64,000 nucleotides of DNA, taken from positions 64,001 through 128,000 of the forward strand of contig JBNKBE010000016.1 of NCBI GenBank assembly GCA_050287085.1, given 5' to 3'. Both the position numbers and the translations under genes were made by a program. This DNA comes from Polyangiaceae bacterium. GTDB taxonomy: Bacteria; Myxococcota_A; Polyangia; Polyangiales; Polyangiaceae. The notes beneath the pieces are model-generated. The model was not told the DNA's origin, did no database searches, and saw only the letters and a list, made by a program, of their open reading frames with translations. Of the stretch, positions 18,248-28,106 are shown piece by piece. Each line of letters opens with the position of its first letter. Position 1 is the first letter of the stretch.

Positions 18248-19783
18248 ATGTCACGAGAGATAATCCAGCTGGACATGAATCGAGTCGAGGGAGATCTCGA
18301 GATCAAGCTGCAGCTAGACGACAACGTTATCGCCGACGCGTGGTGTATCGGCACCATGTACCGGGGATTCGAACAGATCTTGGTGGGGCGAGCTGCGCGA
18401 GACGGTCTGGTCATCACGCCGCGCATCTGCGGCATCTGCGGCACCGCGCACCATGCTTGTGCCGCGACGGCACTCGAAACTGCGTTTGGTCTTGCGATAG
18501 CACCGAACGGCACACGCGTGAGAAACGCGTGCCTGTTGTCCGAGGAAAGCCAGAGCGACATGCGCCACAGCTTTCTGATGTTCACGGTCGACTTCTGTCA
18601 TGCCCGCTACGCGGGGCACCCCATGTATCAGACGCTGGTGGACGCGTTCGAGCCGTTCAAAGGGAGGATCTATCGTGAGACGATCGAACACTCCAAGGAG
18701 ATATTGAAGATCGTCGCGCTGTTCGGGGGACAGTGGCCTCACTCCACGTATATGGTTCCTGGCGGCGTAAGCTGCGTTCCTGACAATTCGCGCGTGCTCA
18801 ACGCCCTGGCGATCGCGGATCGCTACGCAAATTGGTATGAGCGAAGCATCTTGGGATGTTCCATCGAGCGGTGGTCCCAGGTGGGTTCGCTTGCGGATAT
18901 CGAGACCTGGCTCGATGAATCCGAGGCGCATGCCAATAGCGCGATGGGTCTATTCATTCGCTTTGGTCGGGAGATCGGTCTTCACAAGGCCGGTATCGGA
19001 CAGGGCAATCTGCTCAGCTACGGCTCGTGTTATGACCCTGATGCCTGGCAGCCTCCTTTCGACAACCACGCGACCTGGCGGAGTGCGGGCTTCTTCGACG
19101 CGGAGACCAAGACGCTAGAGAAGCTGGATCATCAGCTTATCGCAGAACACGTGCGCCACTCCTTCTACGTGGACTATGAGGGGGGTAAACATCCGTGGCA
19201 GGGCGTTACCATGCCGGACTACCTGCCTGATACAGAGAAGTACTCGTGGGCAAAGGCGCCGAGATACAAGGACAAAGTGGTTGAGGCAGGTCCACTCGCG
19301 GATCAGATCTGTGCCGGAGATCCGCTGGTTCGTGCACTATTCGACGCAGAGGGCTCGAACAGCTGGCTACGGCAGTTCACACGAATACATCGGCCAAGCC
19401 AGTCGCTGCCCAAACTGCGTTCCACGTTGTTGGAGCTTCTGGAACGTCAGGCGGACCCATACGTAATCAATCATATCATACCCACCGACAGAGCCCGAGG
19501 CTTGGGTGCGGTTCAGGCCGCCCGGGGCGCCCTGGCGCACTGGGTGGAGTTTGAAGACGCCAAGATCACGCGCTATCAGGTCATTACGCCGACAGCCTGG
19601 AATGCCTCACCCCGCGATACCGCTGGGCGACGAGGGCATTGGGAGGAGTCAATGATCGGCACGGAGGTCCAAGACATCAATGACCCGATAGAGATCGGGC
19701 ATATCATCCGTTCACACGACGCCTGCTTGGTGTGCACGGTGCATATGCTGGACACAGGTGATAAGTTCAGATTTGGAGTGTGA
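18248..19783 (+). CDS. [NiFe]-hydrogenase large subunit, group-2 type
   Basis: 'NRVEGDL', L1 'TPRICGICGTAH', 'GGQWPH', 'RGALAHW', 'TPTAWN', and L2 'RSHDACLVCTVH' followed by a 12-aa C-terminal tail. Confidence 0.96.
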   Translation: MSREIIQLDMNRVEGDLEIKLQLDDNVIADAWCIGTMYRGFEQILVGRAARDGLVITPRICGICGTAHHACAATALETAFGLAIAPNGTRVRNACLLSEESQSDMRHSFLMFTVDFCHARYAGHPMYQTLVDAFEPFKGRIYRETIEHSKEILKIVALFGGQWPHSTYMVPGGVSCVPDNSRVLNALAIADRYANWYERSILGCSIERWSQVGSLADIETWLDESEAHANSAMGLFIRFGREIGLHKAGIGQGNLLSYGSCYDPDAWQPPFDNHATWRSAGFFDAETKTLEKLDHQLIAEHVRHSFYVDYEGGKHPWQGVTMPDYLPDTEKYSWAKAPRYKDKVVEAGPLADQICAGDPLVRALFDAEGSNSWLRQFTRIHRPSQSLPKLRSTLLELLERQADPYVINHIIPTDRARGLGAVQAARGALAHWVEFEDAKITRYQVITPTAWNASPRDTAGRRGHWEESMIGTEVQDINDPIEIGHIIRSHDACLVCTVHMLDTGDKFRFGV

Positions 19784-20274
19784 TGAGTACTTCGGCGGTA
19801 CCGCTATTTGGTACCCATACGCGGGTCGTATGCTTCGGCAACAGGCTGCACGGCGACGACGCTTTTGGGTGTCATGTACATGATGCGTTGGCGGCGCACG
19901 GGATCCCCGGGGAGGCGAGTCTGCACGATGCTGGCACGTCCGGACTCGGCGCCGTCTTGTTCTTCGAGGGCTGCCGGCGGGCAATTGTGGTGGACGCTAT
20001 TGGTCCGAGCAAGACCCCAGGGAGGTTGCGTGCGCTCAGCGTCAGAGAGGCTCTCGACGTCGACCGGCCCCTCTCTACCCACGCACAAGGCTTGGGCTAT
20101 CTGTTCTCGGCCCTCTCCATAGCGCTGCCAAGCATGCCGGCAATCACCATTGTCGGCGTGGACATCGACGCCGTCGATACCTTTTGCGAGACACTCAGTC
20201 GACCCGTGGCGTGCATGGTGGAGCCAGCGCGGGACATGGTACTTGATTTTCTTTGCGAGCAAGAAGCGGGATAG
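19783..20274 (+). CDS. Hydrogenase maturation endopeptidase (HybD/HupD/HoxW family)
   Basis: 'FGNRLHGDDAFG', 'DAGT', 'IVVDAI', 'STH'. Overlaps the large-subunit stop codon. Confidence 0.9.
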   Translation: MSTSAVPLFGTHTRVVCFGNRLHGDDAFGCHVHDALAAHGIPGEASLHDAGTSGLGAVLFFEGCRRAIVVDAIGPSKTPGRLRALSVREALDVDRPLSTHAQGLGYLFSALSIALPSMPAITIVGVDIDAVDTFCETLSRPVACMVEPARDMVLDFLCEQEAG

Positions 20275-20276
20275 AA

Positions 20277-22241
20277 ATGGACGCTGCAACTTCGAATGAG
20301 GCAAGCCTTGACCGCGTAAGGGCTTTGGAGATGGAAGTCGAGGCTTTGAGCTCCGCGGCTCGTGAACAAGAGCGCATGGTGCTCGAGGGTTACGAGAAGA
20401 TGGACGAGATGCTGCGACTCGTCGAAGAGCAGCGGGACCGCCTGGAGGCATCGAACGGGGATCTGGCCCGCGCCCAGGCCTACTTGGACAACGTGGTGGA
20501 CACCATCGACGAGGCCTTGTTGGTGCTAAATCCTGCCGGCAAGGTCACGTTGGTAAACTCGAAGCTGCTAAGTCTCACGGGCTTTGAGGTTGGCGACGTG
20601 CTTGGGGGCGACCCGCTGGAGTTCTTCTGCGCGAAGGAGCTTTCGGACCTGGCAGGGGGGGAAGCGGTGGATAGCGGCGCAGCCCTGGCACGCGTGCTCA
20701 CCAAGAAGCGTGGCGAGCACTTGGACGGTCACTTGATTACTCGCTCTGGAGACCGCCTCGCTCACCTATTTCGCTGGTCGAATCTCTACACGAAAGCCGG
20801 AAAACGAGAAGGTGTGGTCATCGTTGGCGCGGATGTGCGTCGACTGCGAGCGACCCTCAACGCCATAGAGCGCGCCAATGCCGAGATGCGTCTGATCTTC
20901 GCCACGGTAGATCAGGGTCTGATGTCGATCGACAGCAATGGGACAATAGCGGCCGAACGCTCTGATCGGGTAGAGGAGTGGTTCGGCGACGTGGTCGAGG
21001 GGTCGAGAGTTTGGGAGTATTTGGGAGCGAAGGATCCCACCTTCGCCGGTATGCTTCGACTCGGGTGGGAGACGGTCTGCGAAGGATTCATGCCACTAGA
21101 GGTGTGCGTGGAGCAATTACCAAAGCGCATGCGACGTGGCGAGACTACGTATGACGTTGGCTATAACGTCATTGTGGACGGCGAGACGGTTACCGGCGCG
21201 TTGATAGTCGTCACAGACGTTAGCATTCAGCTGAGAGAGGCTGAAGAGCGCGCGCTGCGCGAAGAGCTGGCGGATACCGTTGAGCGCATCACTCGCGATC
21301 GTCAGGGTTTTCTGGAGTTCTTCGAAGAGACTCGAAGGATCATGGCCACACTGCTACGTCCCACAAAGGGGCAAGAGCTAGACAAGGTGACGACTTGTCG
21401 CGCGCTGCATACGCTGAAGGGCACGTGCGCCCTCTTCGGAATTCAAAGCGTGGCACGGGCGAGCCACGCCGTTGAGGAGAAGATACAGAGCTTTGGCGGT
21501 CCGCTCGGTCCTGAGGAGAGGGATGCGCTGGGTGCAGTCTGGGAGGTATTCGAGGAGCGTGTGCGGAGACTGTCCGGCGACGCAAACGCCCTCCAGGTAA
21601 ACCGTGACGAGCACGCGCAGCTCTTGGCCTTGCTTGAAGCGGGCGACGAGCCTGCGGCGGCGCTCCGACTGGCGCGGCGTCTTGCGTTGGAACCGACCAC
21701 AAGCCGTCTGCAGCGGATGGCCAAGCAGGCACAGGCGCTCGCACTTCGGCTCGAGAAAGGGGAAATCGACGTGGTGGTTTCTTGTGGAGAGGAGCGCTTT
21801 GACGCGGCACATTGGTCCGCGTTCTGGGCGTCGCTGGCCCATGTCGTGCGCAACGCGGTGGATCACGGTTTGGAAGCGCCGGACGTTCGCAAGGGGGCCG
21901 GCAAGTCCGAGCGTGGACAACTCACCCTGCGCACCGAGCGTCGAGCCAATGAGGTTGTGATTGAGGTGGCGGACGATGGCGCAGGGATCGATTGGGAAAA
22001 GCTTCGAGCTATAGGTCGGCAGCGCGGGCTGCCTCACAGCAGCGAGCAAGAGTTGTTGGACCTGTTGTTTGTAGGTGGCGTATCGACTCGCGACGAGGCG
22101 ACAGAGACGTCCGGTCGCGGCGTCGGCATGGACGCAGTCAAAGCGGAGTGCGATGCGTTGGGTGGCCGCATCGAGGTGCAATCACGCGCGGGGGAAGGAA
22201 CGCATTGGCGCTTCGTTTTCAACGCCCATCACGTTCTCTGA
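20277..22241 (+). CDS. PAS-PAS-HPt-HATPase sensor kinase (CheA-like, no CheW domain)
   Basis: N-terminal coiled coil and two PAS-like segments; HPt 'RALHTLKG'; CheA-type N box 'LAHVVRNAVDHGLE', G1 'DDGAGID' and G2 'SGRGVGMDAVK'. The protein ends right after the HATPase domain. Confidence 0.9.
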   Translation: MDAATSNEASLDRVRALEMEVEALSSAAREQERMVLEGYEKMDEMLRLVEEQRDRLEASNGDLARAQAYLDNVVDTIDEALLVLNPAGKVTLVNSKLLSLTGFEVGDVLGGDPLEFFCAKELSDLAGGEAVDSGAALARVLTKKRGEHLDGHLITRSGDRLAHLFRWSNLYTKAGKREGVVIVGADVRRLRATLNAIERANAEMRLIFATVDQGLMSIDSNGTIAAERSDRVEEWFGDVVEGSRVWEYLGAKDPTFAGMLRLGWETVCEGFMPLEVCVEQLPKRMRRGETTYDVGYNVIVDGETVTGALIVVTDVSIQLREAEERALREELADTVERITRDRQGFLEFFEETRRIMATLLRPTKGQELDKVTTCRALHTLKGTCALFGIQSVARASHAVEEKIQSFGGPLGPEERDALGAVWEVFEERVRRLSGDANALQVNRDEHAQLLALLEAGDEPAAALRLARRLALEPTTSRLQRMAKQAQALALRLEKGEIDVVVSCGEERFDAAHWSAFWASLAHVVRNAVDHGLEAPDVRKGAGKSERGQLTLRTERRANEVVIEVADDGAGIDWEKLRAIGRQRGLPHSSEQELLDLLFVGGVSTRDEATETSGRGVGMDAVKAECDALGGRIEVQSRAGEGTHWRFVFNAHHVL

Positions 22242-22380
22242 GATGAGCGCTGCGATGAGCCGGTGTCGTCACTTCGTGACGAGGGGAAGGGCGCGACCGA
22301 CGCGAGCGGGAAGGCCGTCGCTGGATTAGGGAATGCTCCTAGCCTGACGCTTGCCGTCCCCGTGAGCTTGGAGCCGAGCG

Positions 22381-23682
22381 CTAGAAGCGTGTGGAGTCCA
22401 AGCGGACCATGGCGCTGTGGTAGCTGCCCTTTTTTGAGGCGCTCCCGGCAGCTTTGGCCACAACGGCCTTGGGCGCGCGCTGGCCGCGGTTGCTCTTGTG
22501 GACGTAGCGAGGGGCTTGTCCTGGGCCCGAGACGTCGACCCAATACATGCGGCTTCCGCGCGCGTCCATGTGGACGTGTGTTGCGTTGGGGTAGTAGCCG
22601 ACGCCTGTACTCGGCAGCGTGAGCAGGAAGTCGACCAGAGCGGTGTTGGGTACACCGGGAATACTGAAGTCGAGGGCACGCCCCAGGCGGTGCTTGGAGT
22701 GACGCGCAAAGGAGCGCTCGCGATAACCGCTTACAACTCGGATCGGCCGACCTCCAAACTCATCGCTAACAGTCACTATCAACTTGTATAGCCGCGGATC
22801 GAGTGTGATCTGTACTTTGCTTCCCGTTTCCCAGGAGGCGAGCAGTGACTCGATGTGTTTCCGTGCGTCGGGCAACACTCCGCCCTGGGCGTCGAGGACT
22901 TGACCGCTCCATTGACCGCCGAGGGTCTTCAGGGTGACCCTGCCGCGCTCGAAGTTTCGCTGGGCGTATTGGCTCCACGCATTGGGCCGAGTGAGGTGCG
23001 TGTTGGCATTGGTTATCGGGATCTTCAATCGCTGTCCGACCCGGATCAACGCGGAGCGACCCAGTTGGTTCAGCTCTTGGAGTGTCTTGGTCGGGACAGT
23101 GTAGCGCGCCGCTATCAGGGATAGTGCCTCGCCGGGGCGAACCTTGTGCAGGTAGTGTTCGGCTTCGGCAGTGGGGCTCGGCTTCACAGTTGTGCGGCGC
23201 GGCTTCTGCTGCTTGGGCGAGCTCGCGGGAGGGGTTGTCGCGTCGCTTGTTCCTGGGGCGCGCGTGCCGCCCGCTACGATCAACCTCTGGCCCACCTTGA
23301 GCAGGCTGCGTTCGTTGAGGTTGTTGTGGCGACATAGCTCGCGTACGGACACCCCCCGGCGCTCAGCGATGACTCCGAGGACGTCTCCGGGGGCCACCGT
23401 ATATAGACTGGGAAGCAGCAAGACCTGACCTGGCCGGATGGCGTCCGTGGCCAGGCCGTTGACCTTGCGGAGAAGGTCGAGCGAGACGTCCTCCCGCTGG
23501 GCGATCAGGCTCAGCACGTCGTTTGGGCGCACCGTATAGGTGGCTCGCTCCGGCTCGCGAGACGAGCTCGCGGTTACCATAGCCTGGCGTGCCCCAGCCT
23601 TTTTTGCCCAGATATTGTGTGTCCAGGCTGTTGCTAGGCACAATACCAACCACCACGTTCGGAAGCGTCTCGCGCGCACCAT
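22381..23682 (-). CDS. LysM x3 plus DUF882/peptidase M15 (YcbK/MepK-like) peptidoglycan hydrolase
   Basis: Three LysM repeats (YTVRPNDVLSLIA, YTVAPGDVLGVIA, HKVRPGEALSLIA) and M15 motifs 'SGYR...SKHRLGRALD...GVGYY...HVHMD'. Confidence 0.9.
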   Translation of the reverse strand: MVRARRFRTWWLVLCLATAWTHNIWAKKAGARQAMVTASSSREPERATYTVRPNDVLSLIAQREDVSLDLLRKVNGLATDAIRPGQVLLLPSLYTVAPGDVLGVIAERRGVSVRELCRHNNLNERSLLKVGQRLIVAGGTRAPGTSDATTPPASSPKQQKPRRTTVKPSPTAEAEHYLHKVRPGEALSLIAARYTVPTKTLQELNQLGRSALIRVGQRLKIPITNANTHLTRPNAWSQYAQRNFERGRVTLKTLGGQWSGQVLDAQGGVLPDARKHIESLLASWETGSKVQITLDPRLYKLIVTVSDEFGGRPIRVVSGYRERSFARHSKHRLGRALDFSIPGVPNTALVDFLLTLPSTGVGYYPNATHVHMDARGSRMYWVDVSGPGQAPRYVHKSNRGQRAPKAVVAKAAGSASKKGSYHSAMVRLDSTRF

Positions 23683-24635
23683 GGGGCTGCCCTAGACCGA
23701 GGCGGCCACACGGGGCAAAAAACCTACATGCGCCGACATTGGTTTGGGAGAGGGTGACTTAGGTGTCATGCTGAAGTCTCGGCAGAATTTGCGTCCGGCG
23801 ACGACGTGCGGGTGAAGGATCCGGGCTGAGGAGCGATTAACCCCCGTGGAGGCTCTTGGGGTGAACCCGTCGTGGGGCGCTCGCCGGGCGAGCGATTCGT
23901 TGACCTCCTGGACGCTGCGGGCGCCCGTCGTCGTGGCGTTGGTCGCGTAGCTCTTGTGCGAGCATCGCGTCCATTGGGAAGCTGGAGCACAGAGCATCCG
24001 TGCACGAGCAAAGTCTCCCGCGGGCAGGCAAGACGTTAGAGCTGAACACGGCTGGCACAAGCAAGCGATGTGTTCATCTTTTGAGGCATGCTGCGATGGC
24101 CTGTGTCTGCGTCGCTTTCGGCGCTTCAGCTTACTGCCTCGAAGCAGGGGTGAGGCTGCCTCGATGCTGCTGCGTATGCGAATGGCCGATCGGCTCATTC
24201 TGCGATCGCTGGGTCACAAGAGCCTATTGGGATAGGCTCTTCGCCGCTGAGGGACCTGCTTGTTCGAAGAATGCTTACGTCGATACAAGGATCTGACGCG
24301 CTACACCATTAAGACTCTAGGAAGGACATCATCGCGTGTGTCCAAGAGTTTCAATTAATGGATTCGAGGTGCCGGGTAGCGGCTCCGTTTCCAGCGCGCA
24401 CTAGGGTCGGCCTCGCTTGGTGGCGGGGCAGATTCTTCAGTGGTCAACGTTCAGGTTTTCGATGTCGTCGTGCGGCCGTTGAGGACGTGGGAGCGGCGAT
24501 TCACACAGCGGTGTGACGACCTGTTGCACCGAAGAGCCGGCGTAGGGACAAGCGGGCGGCTCGGAGTCGGGGCGAGCCTCGACAGGGCTGACCTAGCGGC
24601 GCCGAAGAGTCTTCAAAATGCAGGAATAGGAATCG

Positions 24636-26033
24636 ATGCTAAAAGAACTCAAGGTCTCTCGTCGTTTCGCGCTGCGCGGTGCCCTTTCGGGCATTGGCGT
24701 AGCGATGTGGTTGCCCGTGCTCGACGTCATGTGCAATGGCAAGGGCGACGCCTTTGCGCAAGGAGAGGCACTACCTACGACATTTGGCATCTGGTTTTGG
24801 GGTAACGGGGTGCATGCCCAATACTGGACCCCTGATGTCACGGGTCGCGGGGATGCGTGGCAACTCAAACGCAACATGGAGCCCTTTCAGAACGTCAAGG
24901 AGCACATCACCTTGGTGACAGGTCTCCAAATGCTCGACGGAGGATTCAAGGGGCATGGTTGGGGCAACGTCTATGTGCTGGCCGGTGGTGATGGGCAGGA
25001 GGCGACGGTCATCTCGGACATCGACCGCCATCAGAACGTGGCTTTCGAGGCCAATTCCGCGACCCAATACTTGCCGACGATCGACCAACTGATCGCCGAC
25101 CAGATCGGGGGGGATTCCCTCTTCAAGTCCCTTCAGACCGGCGTAATGGAGTACCGGGGTATGGATATGGGGACGACCAGCAAGTACCTCTCTCACCGGG
25201 GGCGAAACGAATACTTGCCTCAAGAGAAAGACCCCAGGCGCTTCTTCGACAAGCTGTTTGGAGCAGGGCAGAGCCCGTCCGAGGGTACGTCGTCGGCCAG
25301 CGCATTGTTTTCTAAAGAGCTGCGCCGCAGCACCCTAGACGCCGTGTTGCAAGACGCAAAGAGGTTGCAGCAGCGGCTCGGCGTCACCGACCGGGCTCGC
25401 CTGGAGAGCCATATGGATCGCGTCCGCGAACTCGAGGCGCAAATCGAGGGCATTGTCATTCCCAGCGACGGTGGGATAGGTGCGTGTTCACTGCCTGCGG
25501 AGCCCTCGGCGCCGGCGGATAACACCGCGCGCAGCAAGGCGCTGAATCGGCTCTTGGCTACCGCCTTGGCTTGCAACCTCACCCGTGTGTTCACTCATCA
25601 GTGGTCAGGTGGGCGCGATGACAACACCTACCCCGAGATCGACATCAACGCCGACCATCACGGGCTAACGCACCGAGGAGGCCCAGAAAATGAGCTCGCT
25701 GCGGACATTGAGCGCTACATCATGGAGCAATACGCGGACTTCGTCCAGGTGTTGAGCGAAACGCAGGTGGGGGCCAAGACACTGCTCGACCAGACGCTGG
25801 TCTACGGCATCTCAGACTTGGGAGAGGACCCATACAATCACAATATGACCAACTACCATGTTGTTCTCAGTGGTCATAACGGAGGAAAAGTCCCCGGCAA
25901 TCAGCACCTTCGCTTTCCTCGGCGCAAGCTAAGCGAGTTGATGCTCACCTTGCTTCAGACGATGGGCGTCGAGACGCAAGAGTTCGGCACCTGGGATCGG
26001 ACGACCCAGACCATCCCCGAAATCTTCGGCTAG
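24636..26033 (+). CDS. DUF1552 family protein
   Basis: 'SRRFALRG...WLPVLDVM', 'WGNG', 'TIDQLIA', 'RLESHMDRVRELE', 'ALACNLTRV', 'TLLDQTLV'. Confidence 0.85.
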   Translation: MLKELKVSRRFALRGALSGIGVAMWLPVLDVMCNGKGDAFAQGEALPTTFGIWFWGNGVHAQYWTPDVTGRGDAWQLKRNMEPFQNVKEHITLVTGLQMLDGGFKGHGWGNVYVLAGGDGQEATVISDIDRHQNVAFEANSATQYLPTIDQLIADQIGGDSLFKSLQTGVMEYRGMDMGTTSKYLSHRGRNEYLPQEKDPRRFFDKLFGAGQSPSEGTSSASALFSKELRRSTLDAVLQDAKRLQQRLGVTDRARLESHMDRVRELEAQIEGIVIPSDGGIGACSLPAEPSAPADNTARSKALNRLLATALACNLTRVFTHQWSGGRDDNTYPEIDINADHHGLTHRGGPENELAADIERYIMEQYADFVQVLSETQVGAKTLLDQTLVYGISDLGEDPYNHNMTNYHVVLSGHNGGKVPGNQHLRFPRRKLSELMLTLLQTMGVETQEFGTWDRTTQTIPEIFG

Positions 26034-26177
26034 CGGTGCAGCTGAAGCACAACCCACGCATGGAAGCCTAGGGCAGGCGAGGAGGTCCAGGCCCGAACCC
26101 GTCGGCAGTGCCTATGCAAGTTGGCTCGCCGTGGCTACAAGGTGGGGGTGTCTTCGAACTGAGAGTCGGGAACCCCC

Positions 26178-27089
26178 ATGGGGACAGCCCGTTGCTGGCT
26201 CCCGGGGTTGCGGGTCGAGGCTGGCTCGGATGGGTGCTTCACGTATTCTTCACCCGAGTTTGGCTGCGCTGCCACGGACGGCCGGCATGGTGCCCAGATG
26301 CTACACGCCTTTCGGCTCTTGCGTTCACAGCTTTCGGCGACGTCGGTCAAGCGCGATGGGCGCCAGTGGCAGAGGCTACTCGCTGCATTGGCTTCAGCGG
26401 AAACACGCAGCAGTGCCGAACACGCTATGCTACTGCGCGAGATCTGCCAGCTGCTGTGCGCGTCTCACGGCGTATTGCCCGAGATCTCCGGCGTCCTGCC
26501 AAGCGGACCTGTGGTCCTTGTGGCCAACCATCTCGGCTACGTCGATCCGTTGGTGATCTGCGGGCTGGTTCCCTGCTCGCCCATCGCTAAGCGCTCGCTT
26601 GCCACTTGGCCCATCGTGGGAGGCACTTGCAAACGCCTCAACGTCCAGTTTCTCGATCGCACGAGTCGCTACGATGGCGCACGGGTTCTGCGGGCCGCGC
26701 GGCGCCTCTTGGGGCAGGGTGTAAGCGTTCTGAATTTCCCGGAAGGGACCACCACCCGGGGCGAGATGTTGCCGTTCAAACGCGGGGTATTCGGTCTTGC
26801 CAAGCGCCTTGGGATCGCCGTTGTGCCCCTGGCGCTCAAGTTTGAAGACGAGGGGTTGTGCTGGGTTGATCAGGAGAACTTCTTGTCGCACTACTTGCGC
26901 TTCTGCACGCGGCGCCCGCATCGTTTGACGCTTCACGTCGGTCCTGAGCTGCGGGCGCGTCGGAACGAGAGTGCTGTGCATTTTGCCCAGCGAGCCCAAT
27001 GCTGGATAGCCCAGCGGCTCGCGTGTCCCGCGACGCCGACGCCCTGGCGCGAAGCATCAGGTCATCCGCGGGCCCTCAGCGCAACATGA
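26178..27089 (+). CDS. Lysophospholipid acyltransferase (PlsC-like); start uncertain, possibly 26298
   Basis: NHxxxxD motif 'ANHLGYVDP', plus 'FLDR', 'FPEGTT', 'PFKRG' and 'VVP'. Confidence 0.88.
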   Translation: MGTARCWLPGLRVEAGSDGCFTYSSPEFGCAATDGRHGAQMLHAFRLLRSQLSATSVKRDGRQWQRLLAALASAETRSSAEHAMLLREICQLLCASHGVLPEISGVLPSGPVVLVANHLGYVDPLVICGLVPCSPIAKRSLATWPIVGGTCKRLNVQFLDRTSRYDGARVLRAARRLLGQGVSVLNFPEGTTTRGEMLPFKRGVFGLAKRLGIAVVPLALKFEDEGLCWVDQENFLSHYLRFCTRRPHRLTLHVGPELRARRNESAVHFAQRAQCWIAQRLACPATPTPWREASGHPRALSAT

Positions 27090-27176
27090 AGGGCCAAGTC
27101 TTCGCGGACTCAGTCCTCTGGCTGTAGCGCTTCGCGGACTCCGAAGGAACTGGACTTATGGTCCGCGAAGCATCAG

Positions 27177-28106
27177 ATGTCCGCCATGGATCGTGCTCGC
27201 GGCGGCTCTTCTCTGGTTCTGGCCGCAGCCTTCGGCCTTTCGCTGAAAGGGATATGGGCTCGCCTGGCCTATGCCGATGGGTTGGATGTTTTGGGGGTGA
27301 TGTTCTATCGGGCGGCGCTTGCGCTGCCGCTTCTGCTGGGGGCCGGCTGGTGGGCAGTGGCGCGCGCGGCGCCGGGGGGCGCCACTGCACCGGCTCCAAC
27401 GCTGCGCGAGCACATCCCCGCTGCGCTCCTTGGGGCGTTGTTTCCGCTTGGAATGTACTGTGACTTCAGGGCCATTGATGAGCTAGGCGCGGGCTTGTCG
27501 CGCGTTCTCCTATTTGGCTTTCCGCTCGCAGTGATGGTGTTGGAAAGCGCGGCGGCCCGAAGATTTCCGTCACGTATCCGTCTGCTGGGGTTCTGCGTGG
27601 CGTGGCTTGGACTGGTGGTGGTGGCTTGGCCCCAACTGTCTTGGGGGGCTTCGCAAGAGATCACCGCTCTCGGTTGGGGTTTGGCCTCGTTGTTCTTGTA
27701 TGCATTGTATGTGTGGCGTTCAGCGCCGGAGGCGAGACGCCTGGGCTCGCTGCGCTTGACCGTGACGTCCAACCTGGCGACGACATTGACGGTTGTCGTG
27801 GCGGCCTTGATGGTGAATTCGGGGCGTGCGCCGGACGTAACCCTCGGCGCTGCCGCTTGGATTGGCGCCATGGTGCTGGTCTCGACAATTGTTCCCTACC
27901 TCTTGCTCAACGAGGGGGTGCGCCGCCTGGGCGCTATCCGGGCGAGCCTACTGTCCATGGTCGGTCCACCTTTCACGTTGCTCGCGGCATGGGCGTTTCT
28001 GGGGGAAGGGCTGTCGTGGGGACAAGGGTTTGGCGTTGTTCTTACGCTCTCGGGTGTGAGTCTGGCGCAAGGGGTATGGTCGCCCGCGAGGCTTGTGGAG
28101 GGCTGA
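27177..28106 (+). CDS. DMT/EamA family transporter
   Basis: About 10 hydrophobic segments in two repeats; 'GVRRLGAIRASLLSMVGP...AWAFLGEGL'. Confidence 0.88.
   Translation: MSAMDRARGGSSLVLAAAFGLSLKGIWARLAYADGLDVLGVMFYRAALALPLLLGAGWWAVARAAPGGATAPAPTLREHIPAALLGALFPLGMYCDFRAIDELGAGLSRVLLFGFPLAVMVLESAAARRFPSRIRLLGFCVAWLGLVVVAWPQLSWGASQEITALGWGLASLFLYALYVWRSAPEARRLGSLRLTVTSNLATTLTVVVAALMVNSGRAPDVTLGAAAWIGAMVLVSTIVPYLLLNEGVRRLGAIRASLLSMVGPPFTLLAAWAFLGEGLSWGQGFGVVLTLSGVSLAQGVWSPARLVEG

Noticed and set aside
17251..19783. Membrane-bound respiratory (group 1) or NAD-coupled (group 3) hydrogenase
   Set aside because: No Tat leader, membrane anchor, cytochrome b or diaphorase genes; the motifs are group-2-like.
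20277..22241. Canonical chemotaxis cheA
   Set aside because: The HPt is internal, there is no CheW/P5 domain, and no mcp, cheW, cheR, cheB or cheY gene is adjacent.
23692..24296. Several short ORFs in the long intergenic region
   Set aside because: No ribosome-binding site, motif or protein-like composition supports any of them.
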